64,000 nt of DNA, taken from positions 186,001-250,000 of the forward strand of contig JBHGNT010000039.1 of NCBI GenBank assembly GCA_043228905.1. The letters run 5' to 3'. Positions 1 through 13,600 of the stretch are shown here, piece by piece. Origin of the DNA: Azolla caroliniana. Lineage: Eukaryota > Plantae > Polypodiophyta. Position 1 is the stretch's first letter. The number at the start of each line of letters is the position of its first letter. The notes under the pieces are model-generated. The model worked only from the letters and a program-made list of their open reading frames with translations. It had not been told where the DNA came from and made no database searches. The translations under genes were made by a program, and so were the position numbers.

Positions 1-2519
1 TCAAAATCTTGATTTTTTAATTCCATATCATAGCTAGCGTTGTTAGCTTCGATTCGCATGTTTGAACACAAAAATCCGATATCACACGAGCCAGGTATGA
101 ACAGTGTAATTTACTCAAGGGCTCTTCTCAACTCACTCCTCAAATTTGCTAATTTCGTCATGTCTCTCGACGTTAGTTTCAAAATCTTGATTTTTTAATT
201 CCATATCATAGCTAGCGTTGTTAGCTTCGATTCGCATGTTTGAACACAAAAATCCGATATCACACGAGCCAGGTATGAACATTTTAATTTACTCAAGGGC
301 TCCTCTCAACTCACTCCTCAAATTTGCTAATTTCGTCATGTCTCTCGACCTTAGTTTCAAAATCTTGATTTTTTAATTCCATATCATAGCTAGCGTTGTT
401 AGCTTCGATTCGCATGTTTGAACACAAAAATCCGATATCACACGAGCTAGGTATGAACATTTTTATTTACTCAAGGGCTCCTCTCAACTCCCTCGTCAAG
501 GTTGCTAATTTCGTCATGTCTCTCGACCTGAGTTTCAAAATCTTGATTTTTTAATTCCATATCATAGCTAGCGTTGTTAGCTTCGATTCGCATGTTTGAA
601 CACAAAAATCCGATATCACACGTGCTAGGTATAACCAATTTAATTTACTCAAGGGCTCCTCTCAACTCACTCCTCAAACTTGCTAATTTCTTCATGTCTC
701 TCGACCTGAGTTTCAAAATCTTGATTTTTTAATTCCATATCATAGCTAGCGTTGTTAGCTTCGATTCGCATGTTTGAACACAAAAATCCGATATCACACG
801 AGCTAGGTATGAACATTTTAATTTACTCAAGGGCTCCTCTTAAGTCCCTCCTCAAATTTTGTAATTTCGTCATGTCTCTCGACCTTAGTTTCAAAATCTT
901 GATTTTTTAATTCCATATCATAGCTAGCGTTGTTAGCTTCGATTCGCATGTTTGAACACAAAAATCCGATATCACACGAGCTAGGTATGAACATTTTAAT
1001 TTACTCAAGGGCTCCTCTCAACTCCCTCCTCAAATTTTGTAATTTCGTCATGTCTCTCGACCTGGGTTTCAAAATCTTGATTTTTTAATTCCATATCATA
1101 GCTAGCGTTGTTAGCTTCGATTCGAATGTTTGAACACAAAAATCCGATATCACACGAGTTAGGTATCAACATTTTTATTTACTCAAGGGTTCCTCTCAAC
1201 TCCCTCGTCAAGGTTGCTAATTTCGTCATATCTCTCGACCTGAGTTTCAAAATCTTGATTTTTTAAATCCATATCATAGCTAGCGTTGTTGGCTTCGATT
1301 CGCATGTTTGTACACAAATATCCGATATCACACGAGCTAGGTATGAACATTTTAATTTACTCAAGGGCTCCTCTCAACTCACTCCTCAAATTTGCTAATT
1401 TCGTCATGTCTCTCGACGTTAGTTTCAAAATCTTGATTTTTTAATTCCATATCATAGCTAGCGTTGTTAGCTTCGATTCGCATGTTTGAACACAAAAATC
1501 CGATATCACACGAGCCAGGTATGAACATTTTAATTTACTCAAGGGCTCCTCTCAACTCCCTCCTCAAATTTGGTAATTTCGTCATGTCTCTTGACCTGAG
1601 TTTCAAAATCTTGATTTTTTAAATCCATATCATAGCTAGCGTTGTTGGCTTCGATTCGCATGTTTGTACACAAATATCCGATATCACACGAGCTAGGTAT
1701 GAACATTTTAATTTACTCAAGGGCTCCTCTCAACTCACTCCTCAAATTTGCTAATTTCGTCATGTCTCTCGACGTTAGTTTCAAAATCTTGATTTTTTAA
1801 TTCCATATCATAGCTAGCGTTGTTAGCTTCGATTCGCATGTTTGAACATAAAAATCCGATATCACACGAGCCAGGTATGAACATTTTAATTTACTCAAGG
1901 GCTCCTCTCAACTCCCTCCTCAAATTTGGTAATTTCATCATGTCTCTTGACCTGAGTTTCAAAATCTTGATTTTTTAATTCCATATCATAGCTAGCGTTG
2001 TTAGCTTCGATTCGCATGTTTGAACACAAAAATCCGATATCACACGAGCTAGGTATGAACATTTTAATTTACTCAAGGGCTCCTCTCAACTCCCTCCTCA
2101 AATTTGGTAATTTCGTCATGTCTCTCGACCTTAGTTTCAAAATCTTGATTTTTTAATTCCATATCATAGCTAGCGTTGTTAGCTTCGATTCGCATGTTTG
2201 AACACAAAAATCCGATGTCACACGAGCTAGGTATGAACATTTTTATTTACTCAAGGGCTCCTCTCAACTCCCTCGTCAAGGTTGCTAATTTCGTCATGTC
2301 TCTCGACCTTAGTTTCAAAATCTTGATTTTTTTAATTCCATATCATAGCTAGCGTTGTTAGCTTCGATTCGCATGTTTGAACACAAAAATCTGATATCAC
2401 ACGAGCTAGGTATGAACATTTTTATTTACTCAAGGGCTCCTCTCAACTCCCTCAAATTTGCTAATTTCGTCATGTCTCTCGACCTTAGTTTCAAAATCTT
2501 GATTTTTTAATTCCGTATC

Positions 2520-4680
2520 ATAGCTAGCGTTGTTATCTTCGATTCGCATGTTTGAACACAAAAATCCGATATCACACGAGCTAGGTATGAACATTTCTAT
2601 TTACTCAAGGGCTCCTCTCAACTCCCTCGTCAAGGTTGCTAATTTCGTCATGTCTCTCGACCTTAGTTTCAAAATCTTGATTTTTTTAATTCCATATCAT
2701 AGCTAGCGTTGTTAGCTTCGATTCGCATGTTTGAACACAAAAATCCGATATCACACGAGCTAGGTATGAACATTTTTATTTACTCAAGGGCTCCTCTCAA
2801 CTCCCTCGTCAAGGTTGCTAATTTCGTCATGTCTCTCGACCTGAGTTTCAAAATCTTGATTTTTTAATTCCATATCATAGCTAGCGTTGTTAGCTTCGAT
2901 TCACATGTTTGAACACAAAAATCCGATATCACACGAGCTAGGTATGAACATTTTTATTTACTCAAGGGCTCCTCTCAACTCCCTCGTCAAGGTTGCTAAT
3001 TTCGTCATGTCTCTCGACCTTAGTTTCAAAATCTTGATTTTTTTAATTCCATATTATAGCTAGCGTTGTTAGCTTCGATTCGCATGTTTGAACACAAAAA
3101 TCCGATATCACACGAGCTAGGTATGAACATTTTTATTTACTCAAGGGCTCCTCTCAACTCCCTCGTCAAGGTTGCTAATTTCGTCATGTCTCTGGACCTG
3201 AGTTTCAAAATCTTGATTTTTTAATTCCATATCATAGCTAACGTTGTTAGCTTCGATTCGCATGTTTGAACACAGAAATCCGATATCACACTAGCCAGGT
3301 ATGAACATTTTAATTTACTCAAGGGCTCCTCTCAACTCCCTCCTCAAATTTTGTAATTTCGTCATGTCTCTCGACCTGGGTTTCAAAATCTTGATTTTTT
3401 AATTCCATATCATAGCTAGCGTTGTTAGCTTCGATTCGCATGTTTGAACACAAAAATCCGATATCACACGAGCTAGGTATGAACATTTCTATTTACTCAA
3501 GGGCTCCTCTCAACTCCCTCGTCAAGGTTGCTAATTTCGTCATGTCTCTCGACCTTAGTTTCAAAATCTTGATTTTTTTAATTCCATATCATAGCTAGCG
3601 TTGTTAGCTTCGATTCGCATGTTTGAACACAAAAATCCGATATCACACGAGCTAGGTATGAACATTTTTATTTACTCAAGGGCTCCTCTCAACTCCCTCG
3701 TCAAGGTTGCTAATTTCGTCATGTCTCTCGACCTGAGTTTCAAAATCTTGATTTTTTAATTCCATATCATAGCTAGCGTTGTTAGCTTCGATTCACATGT
3801 TTGAACACAAAAATCCGATATCACACGAGCTAGGTATGAACATTTCTATTTACTCAAGGGCTCCTCTCAACTCCCTCGTCAAGGTTGCTAATTTCGTCAT
3901 GTCTCTCGACCTTAGTTTCAAAATCTTGATTTTTTTAATTCCATATCATAGCTAGCGTTGTTAGCTTCGATTCGCATGTTTGAACACAAAAATCCGATAT
4001 CACACGAGCTAGGTATGAACATTTTTATTTACTCAAGGGCTCCTCTCAACTCCCTCGTCAAGGTTGCTAATTTCGTCATGTCTCTCGACCTGAGTTTCAA
4101 AGTCTTGATTTTTTAATTCCATATCATAGCTAGCGTTGTTAGCTTCGATTCACATGTTTGAACACAAAAATCCGATATCACACGAGCTAGGTATGAACAT
4201 TTTTATTTACTCAAGGGCTCCTCTCAACTCCCTCGTCAAGGTTGCTAATTTCGTCATGTCTCTCGACCTTAGTTTCAAAATCTTGATTTTTTTAATTCCA
4301 TATCATAGCTAGCGTTGTTAGCTTCGATTCGCATGTTTGAACACAAAAATCCGATATCACACGAGCTAGGTATGAACATTTTTATTTACTCAAGGGCTCC
4401 TCTCAACTCCCTCGTCAAGGTTGCTAATTTCGTCATGTCTCTGGACCTGAGTTTCAAAATCTTGATTTTTTAATTCCATATCATAGCTAACGTTGTTAGC
4501 TTCGATTCGCATGTTTGAACACAGAAATCCGATATCACACGAGCCAGGTATGAACATTTTAATTTACTCAAGGGCTCCTCTCAACTCCCTCCTCAAATTT
4601 TGTAATTTCGTCATGTCTCTCGACCTGGGTTTCAAAATCTTGATTTTTTAATTCCATATCATAGCTAGCGTTGTTAGCTT
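2520..4680. repeat. Nested short HOR: 5-monomer duplication (892 bp) with an internal 2-monomer (357 bp) expansion
   Basis: Marker CATTTCTAT at 2592, 3484 and 3841 (offsets 892, 357). Marker CTGGACC at 3192 and 4441 (offset 1249 = 892+357). Confidence 0.8.
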
Positions 4681-7600
4681 CGATTCGCATGTTTGAACAC
4701 AAAAATCTGATATCACACTCGCTAGGTATATCCATTTTAATTTACTCGAGGGCTCCTCTCAACTCACTCCTCAAATTTGGTAATTTCGTCATGTCTCTCG
4801 ACCTTAGTTTCAAAATCTTGATTTTTTAATTCCATATCATAGCTAGCGTTGTTAGCTTCGATTCGCATGTTTGAACACAAAAATCCGATATCACACGAGC
4901 CAGGTATGAACCAATTTAATTTACTCAAGGGCTCCTCTCAACTCCCTCCTCAAATTTGCTAATTTCGTCATGTCTCTCGACCTTAGTTTCAAAATCTTGA
5001 TTTTTTTAATTCCATATCATAGCTAGCGTTGTTAGCTAGGTATAACCATTTTAATTTACTCAAGGGCTCCTCTCAACTCACTCCTCAAATTTGGTAATTT
5101 CGTCATGTCTCTCGACCTTAGTTTCAAAATCTTGATTTTTTAATTCCATATCATAGCTAGCGTTGTTAGCTTCGATTCGCATGTTTGAACACAAAAATCC
5201 GATATCACACGAGCTAGGTATGAACATTTTAATTTACTCAAGGGCTCCTCTCAACTCACTCCTCAAATTTGCTAATTTCGTCATGTCTCTCGACGTTAGT
5301 TTCAAAATCTTGATTTTTTAATTCCATATCATAGCTAGCGTTGTTAGCTTCGATTCGCATGTTTGAACACAAAAATCCGATATCACACGAGCCAGGTATG
5401 AACATTTTAATTTACTCAAGGGCTCCTCTCAACTCCCTCCTCAAATTTGGTAATTTCGTCATATCTCTTGACCTGAGTTTCAAAATCTTGATTTTTTAAA
5501 TCCATATCATAGCTAGCGTTGTTGGCTTCGATTCGCATGTTTGTACACAAATATCCGATATCACACGAGCTAGGTATGAACATTTTAATTTACTCAAGGG
5601 CTCCTCTCAACTCACTCCTCAAATTTGCTAATTTCGTCATGTCTCTCGACGTTAGTTTCAAAATCTTGATTTTTTAATTCCATATCATAGCTAGCGTTGT
5701 TAGCTTCGATTCGCATGTTTGAACATAAAAATCCGATATCACACGAGCCAGGTATGAACATTTTAATTTACTCAAGGGCTCCTCTCAACTCCCTCCTCAA
5801 ATTTGGTAATTTCATCATGTCTCTTGACCTGAGTTTCAAAATCTTGATTTTTTAATTCCATATCATAGCTAGCGTTGTTATCTTCGATTCGCATGTTTGA
5901 ACACAAAAATCCGATATCACACGAGCCAGGTATGAACAGTGTAATTTACTCAAGGGCTCTTCTCAACTCACTCCTCAAATTTGCTAATTTCGTCATGTCT
6001 CTCGACGTTAGTTTCAAAATCTTGATTTTTTAATTCCATATCATAGCTAGCGTTGTTAGCTTCGATTCGCATGTTTGAACACAAAAATCCGATATCACAC
6101 GAGCCAGGTATGAACATTTTAATTTACTCAAGGGCTCCTCTCAACTCACTCCTCAAATTTGCTAATTTCGTCATGTCTCTCGACCTTAGTTTCAAAATCT
6201 TGATTTTTTAATTCCATATCATAGCTAGCGTTGTTAGCTTCGATTCGCATGTTTGAACACAAAAATCCGATATCACACGTGCTAGGTATAACCAATTTAA
6301 TTTACTCAAGGGCTCCTCTCAACTCACTCCTCGAATTTGGTAATTTCGTCATGTCTCTCGACCTTAGTTTCAAAATCTTGATTTTTTAATTCCATATCAT
6401 AGCTAGCGTTGTTAGCTTCGATTCGCATGTTTGAACACAAAAATCCGATATCACACGAGCCAGGTATGAACATTTTAATTTACTCAAGGGCTCCTCTCAA
6501 CTCACTCCTCAAATTTGCTAATTTCGTCATGTCTCTCGACCTTAGTTTCAAAATCTTGATTTTTTAATTCCATATCATAGCTAGCGTTGTTAGCTTCGAT
6601 TCGCATGTTTGAACACAAAAATCCGATATCACACGTGCTAGGTATAACCAATTTAATTTACTCAAGGGCTCCTCTCAACTCACTCCTCAAATTTGGTAAT
6701 TTCGTCATGTCTCTCGACCTTAGTTTCAAAATCTTGATTTTTTAATTCCATATCATAGCTAGCGTTGTTAGCTTCGATTCGCATGTTTGAACACAAAAAT
6801 CCGATATCACACGAGTTAGGTATCAACATTTTTATTTACTCAAGGGTTCCTCTCAACTCCCTCGTCAAGGTTGCTAATTTCGTCATATCTCTCGACCTGA
6901 GTTTCAAAATCTTGATTTTTTAATTCCATATCATAGCTAGGGTTGTTAGCTTCGATTCGCATGTTTGAACACAAAAATCCGATATCACACGAGCCAGGTA
7001 TGAACATTTTTATTTACTCAAGGGCTCCTCTCAACTCCCTCCTCAAATTTTGTAATTTCGTCATGTCTCTCGACGTTAGTTTCAAAATCTTGATTTTTTA
7101 ATTCCATATCATAGCTAGCGTTGTTAGCTTCGATTCGCATGTTTGAACACAAAAATCGGATATCACACGAGCCAGGTATGAACATTTTAATTTACTCAAG
7201 GGCTCCTCTCAACTCCCTCCTCAAATTTGGTAATTTCGTCATGTCTCTTGACCTGAGTTTCAAAATCTTGATTTTTTAAATCCATATCATAGCTAGCGTT
7301 GTTGGCTTCGATTCGCATGTTTGTACACAAATATCCGATATCACACGAGCTAGGTATGAACATTTTAATTTACTCAAGGGCTCCTCTCAACTCCCTCCTC
7401 AAATTTTGTAATTTCGTCATGTCTCTCGACCTGGGTTTCTAAATCTTGATTTTTTAATTCCATATCATAGCTAGCGTTGTTAGCTTCGATTCGCATGTTT
7501 GAACACAAAAATCCGATATCACACGAGCTAGGTATGAACATTTTAATTTACTCAAGGGCTCCTCTCAACTCCCTCCTCAAATTTGGTAATTTCGTCATGT

Positions 7601-10600
7601 CTCTCGACCTGGGTTTCAAAATCTTGATTTTTTAATTCCATATCATAGCTAGCGTTGTTAGCTTTGATTCGCATGTTTGAACACAAATATCCGATATCAC
7701 ACGAGCCAGGTATGAACATTTTAATTTACTCAAGGGCTCCTCTCAACTCCCTCCTCAAATTTGGTAATTTCGTCCTGTCTCTTGACCTGAGTTTCAAAAT
7801 CTTGATTTTTTAATTCCATATCATAGCTAGCGTTGTTAGCTTCGATTCGCATGTTTGTACACAAATATCCGATATCACACGAGCTAGGTATGAACATTTT
7901 AATTTACTCAAGGGCTCCTCTCAACTCACTCCTCAAATTTGCTAATTTCGTCATGTCTCTCGACGTTAGTTTCCAAATCTTGGTTTTTTAATTCCATATC
8001 ATAGCTAGCGTTGTTAGCTTCGATTCGCATGTTTGAACACAAAAATCCGATATCACACGAGCTAGGTATGAACATTTTAATTTACTCAAGGGCTCCTCTC
8101 AACTCCCTCCTCAAATTTGCTAATTTCGTCATGTCTCTCGACCTTAGTTTCAAAATCTTGATTTTTTAAATCCATATCATAGCTAGCGTTGTTGGCTTCG
8201 ATTCGCATGTTTGAACACAAAAATCCGATATCACACGCGCTAGGTATGAACATTTTTATTTACTCTAGGGCTTTTGTCAACTCCCTCGTCAAGGTTGCTA
8301 ATTTCGTCATGTCTCTCGACCTTAGTTTCAAAATCTTGATTTTTTTAATTCCATATCATAGCTAGCGTTGTTAGCTTCGATTCGCATGTTTGAACACAAA
8401 AATCCGATATCACACGAGCTAGGTATGAACATTTTTATTTACTCAAGGGCTCCTCTCAACTCCCTCGTCAAGGTTGCTAATTTCGTCATGTCTCTCGACC
8501 TGAGTTTCAAAATCTTGATTTTTTAATTCCATATCATAGCTAACGTTGTTAGCTTCGATTCGCATGTTTGAACACAGAAATCCGATATCACACGAGCCAG
8601 GTATGAACATTTTAATTTACTTAAGGGCTCCTCTCAACTCCCTCCTCAAATTTTGTAATTTCGTCATGTCTCTCGACCTGGGTTTCAAAATCTTGATTTT
8701 TTTAATTCCATATCATAGCTAGCGTTGTTAGCTTCGATTCGCATGTTTGAACACAAAAATCCGATATCACACTCGCTAGGTATAACCATTTTAATTTACT
8801 CAAGGGCTCCTCTCAACTCACTCCTCAAATTTTGTAATTTCGTCATGTCTCTCGACGTTAGTTTCAAAATCTTGATTTTTTAATTCCATATCATAGCTAG
8901 CGTTGTTAGCTTCGATTCGCATGTTTGAACACAAAAATCCGATATCACACGAGCCAGGTATGAACTAATTTAATTTACTCAAGGGCTCCTCTCAACTCCC
9001 TCCTCAAATTTGCTAATTTCGTCATGTCTCTCGACCTGAGTTTCAAAATCTTGATTTTTTAATTCCATATCATAGCTAACGTTGTTAGCTTCGATTCGCA
9101 TGTTTGAACACAAAAATCCGATATCACACGAGCTAGGTATGAACATTTTTATTTACTCAAGGGCTCCTCTCAACTCCCTCGTCAAGGTTGCTAATTTCGT
9201 CATGTCTCTCGACCTTAGTTTCAAAATCTTGATTTTTTTAATTCCATATCATAGCTAGCGTTGTTAGCTTCGATTCGCATGTTTGAACACAGAAATCCGA
9301 TATCACACTAGCCAGGTATGAACATTTTAATTTACTCAAGGGCTCCTCTCAACTCCCTCCTCAAATTTTGTAATTTCGTCATGTCTCTCGACCTGGGTTT
9401 CAAAATCTTGATTTTTTAATTCCATATCATAGCTAGCGTTGTTAGCTTCGATTCGCATGTTTGAACACAAAAATCCGATATCACACGAGCTAGGTATGAA
9501 CATTTCTATTTACTCAAGGGCTCCTCTCAACTCCCTCGTCAAGGTTGCTAATTTCGTCATGTCTCTCGACCTTAGTTTCAAAATCTTGATTTTTTTAATT
9601 CCATATCATAGCTAGCGTTGTTAGCTTCGATTCGCATGTTTGAACACAAAAATCCGATATCACACGAGCTAGGTATGAACATTTTTATTTACTCAAGGGC
9701 TCCTCTCAACTCCCTCGTCAAGGTTGCTAATTTCGTCATGTCTCTCGACCTGAGTTTCAAAATCTTGATTTTTTAATTCCATATCATAGCTAGCGTTGTT
9801 AGCTTCGATTCACATGTTTGAACACAAAAATCCGATATCACACGAGCTAGGTATGAACATTTCTATTTACTCAAGGGCTCCTCTCAACTCCCTCGTCAAG
9901 GTTGCTAATTTCGTCATGTCTCTCGACCTTAGTTTCAAAATCTTGATTTTTTTAATTCCATATCATAGCTAGCGTTGTTAGCTTCGATTCGCATGTTTGA
10001 ACACAAAAATCCGATATCACACGAGCTAGGTATGAACATTTTTATTTACTCAAGGGCTCCTCTCAACTCCCTCGTCAAGGTTGCTAATTTCGTCATGTCT
10101 CTCGACCTGAGTTTCAAAGTCTTGATTTTTTAATTCCATATCATAGCTAGCGTTGTTAGCTTCGATTCACATGTTTGAACACAAAAATCCGATATCACAC
10201 GAGCTAGGTATGAACATTTTTATTTACTCAAGGGCTCCTCTCAACTCCCTCGTCAAGGTTGCTAATTTCGTCATGTCTCTCGACCTTAGTTTCAAAATCT
10301 TGATTTTTTTAATTCCATATTATAGCTAGCGTTGTTAGCTTCGATTCGCATGTTTGAACACAAAAATCCGATATCACACGAGCTAGGTATGAACATTTTT
10401 ATTTACTCAAGGGCTCCTCTCAACTCCCTCGTCAAGGTTGCTAATTTCGTCATGTCTCTGGACCTGAGTTTCGAAATCTTGATTTTTTAATTCCATATCA
10501 TAGCTAACGTTGTTAGCTTCGATTCGCATGTTTGAACACAGAAATCCGATATCACACGAGCCAGGTATGAACATTTTAATTTACTCAAGGGCTCCTCTCA

Positions 10601-13600
10601 ACTCCCTCCTCAAATTTTGTAATTTCGTCATGTCTCTCGACCTGGGTTTCAAAATCTTGATTTTTTAATTCCATATCATAGCTAGCGTTGTTAGCTTCGA
10701 TTCGCATGTTTGAACACAAAAATCTGATATCACACTCGCTAGGTATAACCATTTTAATTTACTCGAGGGCTCCTCTCAACTCACTCCTCAAATTTGGTAA
10801 TTTCGTCATGTCTCTCGACCTTAGTTTCAAAATCTTGATTTTTTAATTCCATATCATAGCTAGCGTTGTTAGCTTCGATTCGCATGTTTGAACACAAAAA
10901 TCCGATATCACACGAGCCAGGTATGAACCAATTTAATTTACTCAAGGGCTCCTCTCAACTCCCTCCTCAAATTTGCTAATTTCGTCATGTCTCTCGACCT
11001 TAGTTTCAAAATCTTGATTTTTTTAATTCCATATCATAGCTAGCGTTGTTAGCTAGGTATAACCATTTTAATTTACTCAAGGGCTCCTCTCAACTCACTC
11101 CTCAAATTTGGTAATTTCGTCATGTCTCTCGACCTTAGTTTCAAAATCTTGATTTTTTAATTCCATATCATAGCTAGCGTTGTTAGCTTCGATTCGCATG
11201 TTTGAACACAAAAATCCGATATCACACGAGCTAGGTATGAACATTTTAATTTACTCAAGGGCTCCTCTCAACTCACTCCTCAAATTTGCTAATTTCGTCA
11301 TGTCTCTCGACGTTAGTTTCAAAATCTTGATTTTTTAATTCCATATCATAGCTAGCGTTGTTAGCTTCGATTCGCATGTTTGAACACAAAAATCCGATAT
11401 CACACGAGCCAGGTATGAACATTTTAATTTACTCAAGGGCTCCTCTCAACTCCCTCCTCAAATTTGGTAATTTCGTCATATCTCTTGACCTGAGTTTCAA
11501 AATCTTGATTTTTTAAATCCATATCATAGCTAGCGTTGTTGGCTTCGATTCGCATGTTTGTACACAAATATCCGATATCACACGAGCTAGGTATGAACAT
11601 TTTAATTTACTCAAGGGCTCCTCTCAACTCACTCCTCAAATTTGCTAATTTCGTCATGTCTCTCGACGTTAGTTTCAAAATCTTGATTTTTTAATTCCAT
11701 ATCATAGCTAGCGTTGTTAGCTTCGATTCGCATGTTTGAACATAAAAATCCGATATCACACGAGCCAGGTATGAACATTTTAATTTACTCAAGGGCTCCT
11801 CTCAACTCCCTCCTCAAATTTGGTAATTTCATCATGTCTCTTGACCTGAGTTTCAAAATCTTGATTTTTTAATTCCATATCATAGCTAGCGTTGTTAGCT
11901 TCGATTCGCATGTTTGAACACAAAAATCCGATATCACACGAGCCAGGTATGAACAGTGTAATTTACTCAAGGGCTCTTCTCAACTCACTCCTCAAATTTG
12001 CTAATTTCGTCATGTCTCTCGACGTTAGTTTCAAAATCTTGATTTTTTAATTCCATATCATAGCTAGCGTTGTTAGCTTCGATTCGCATGTTTGAACACA
12101 AAAATCCGATATCACACGAGCCAGGTATGAACATTTTAATTTACTCAAGGGCTCCTCTCAACTCACTCCTCAAATTTGCTAATTTCGTCATGTCTCTCGA
12201 CCTTAGTTTCAAAATCTTGATTTTTTAATTCCATATCATAGCTAGCGTTGTTAGCTTCGATTCGCATGTTTGAACACAAAAATCCGATATCACACGTGCT
12301 AGGTATAACCAATTTAATTTACTCAATGGCTCCTCTCAACTCACTCCTCGAATTTGGTAATTTCGTCATGTCTCTCGACCTTAGTTTCAAAATCTTGATT
12401 TTTTAATTCCATATCATAGCTAGCGTTGTTAGCTTCGATTCGCATGTTTGAACACAAAAATCCGATATCACACGAGCCAGGTATGAACATTTTAATTTAC
12501 TCAAGGGCTCCTCTCAACTCACTCCTCAAATTTGCTAATTTCGTCATGTCTCTCGACCTTAGTTTCAAAATCTTGATTTTTTAATTCCATATCATAGCTA
12601 GCGTTGTTAGCTTCGATTCGCATGTTTGAACACAAAAATCCGATATCACACGTGCTAGGTATAACCAATTTAATTTACTCAAGGGCTCCTCTCAACTCAC
12701 TCCTCGAATTTGGTAATTTCGTCATGTCTCTCGACCTTAGTTTCAAAATCTTGATTTTTTAATTCCATATCATAGCTAGCGTTGTTAGCTTCGATTCGCA
12801 TGTTTGAACACAAAAATCCGATATCACACGAGTTAGGTATCAACATTTTTATTTACTCAAGGGTTCCTCTCAACTCCCTCGTCAAGGTTGCTAATTTCGT
12901 CATATCTCTCGACCTGAGTTTCAAAATCTTGATTTTTTAATTCCATATCATAGCTAGGGTTGTTAGCTTCGATTCGCATGTTTGAACACAAAAATCCGAT
13001 ATCACACGAGCCAGGTATGAACATTTTTATTTACTCAAGGGCTCCTCTCAACTCCCTCCTCAAATTTTGTAATTTCGTCATGTCTCTCGACGTTAGTTTC
13101 AAAATCTTGATTTTTTAATTCCATATCATAGCTAGCGTTGTTAGCTTCGATTCGCATGTTTGAACACAAAAATCGGATATCACACGAGCCAGGTATGAAC
13201 ATTTTAATTTACTCAAGGGCTCCTCTCAACTCCCTCCTCAAATTTGGTAATTTCGTCATGTCTCTTGACCTGAGTTTCAAAATCTTGATTTTTTAAATCC
13301 ATATCATAGCTAGCGTTGTTGGCTTCGATTCGCATGTTTGTACACAAATATCCGATATCACACGAGCTAGGTATGAACATTTTAATTTACTCAAGGGCTC
13401 CTCTCAACTCCCTCCTCAAATTTTGTAATTTCGTCATGTCTCTCGACCTGGGTTTCTAAATCTTGATTTTTTAATTCCATATCATAGCTAGCGTTGTTAG
13501 CTTCGATTCGCATGTTTGAACACAAAAATCCGATATCACACGAGCTAGGTATGAACATTTTAATTTACTCAAGGGCTCCTCTCAACTCCCTCCTCAAATT

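Noticed and set aside
40-170. TTCG motifs resembling a CENP-B box
   Set aside because: None fits the TTCG-N4-A-N2-CGGG pattern, and the consensus has no CGGG/CCCG.
298-322. Pyrimidine tract CTCCTC-N8-CTCCTC as an H-DNA or G-quadruplex element
   Set aside because: The tract is short and interrupted by AA, and the opposite strand lacks four G3 runs; too weak to claim.
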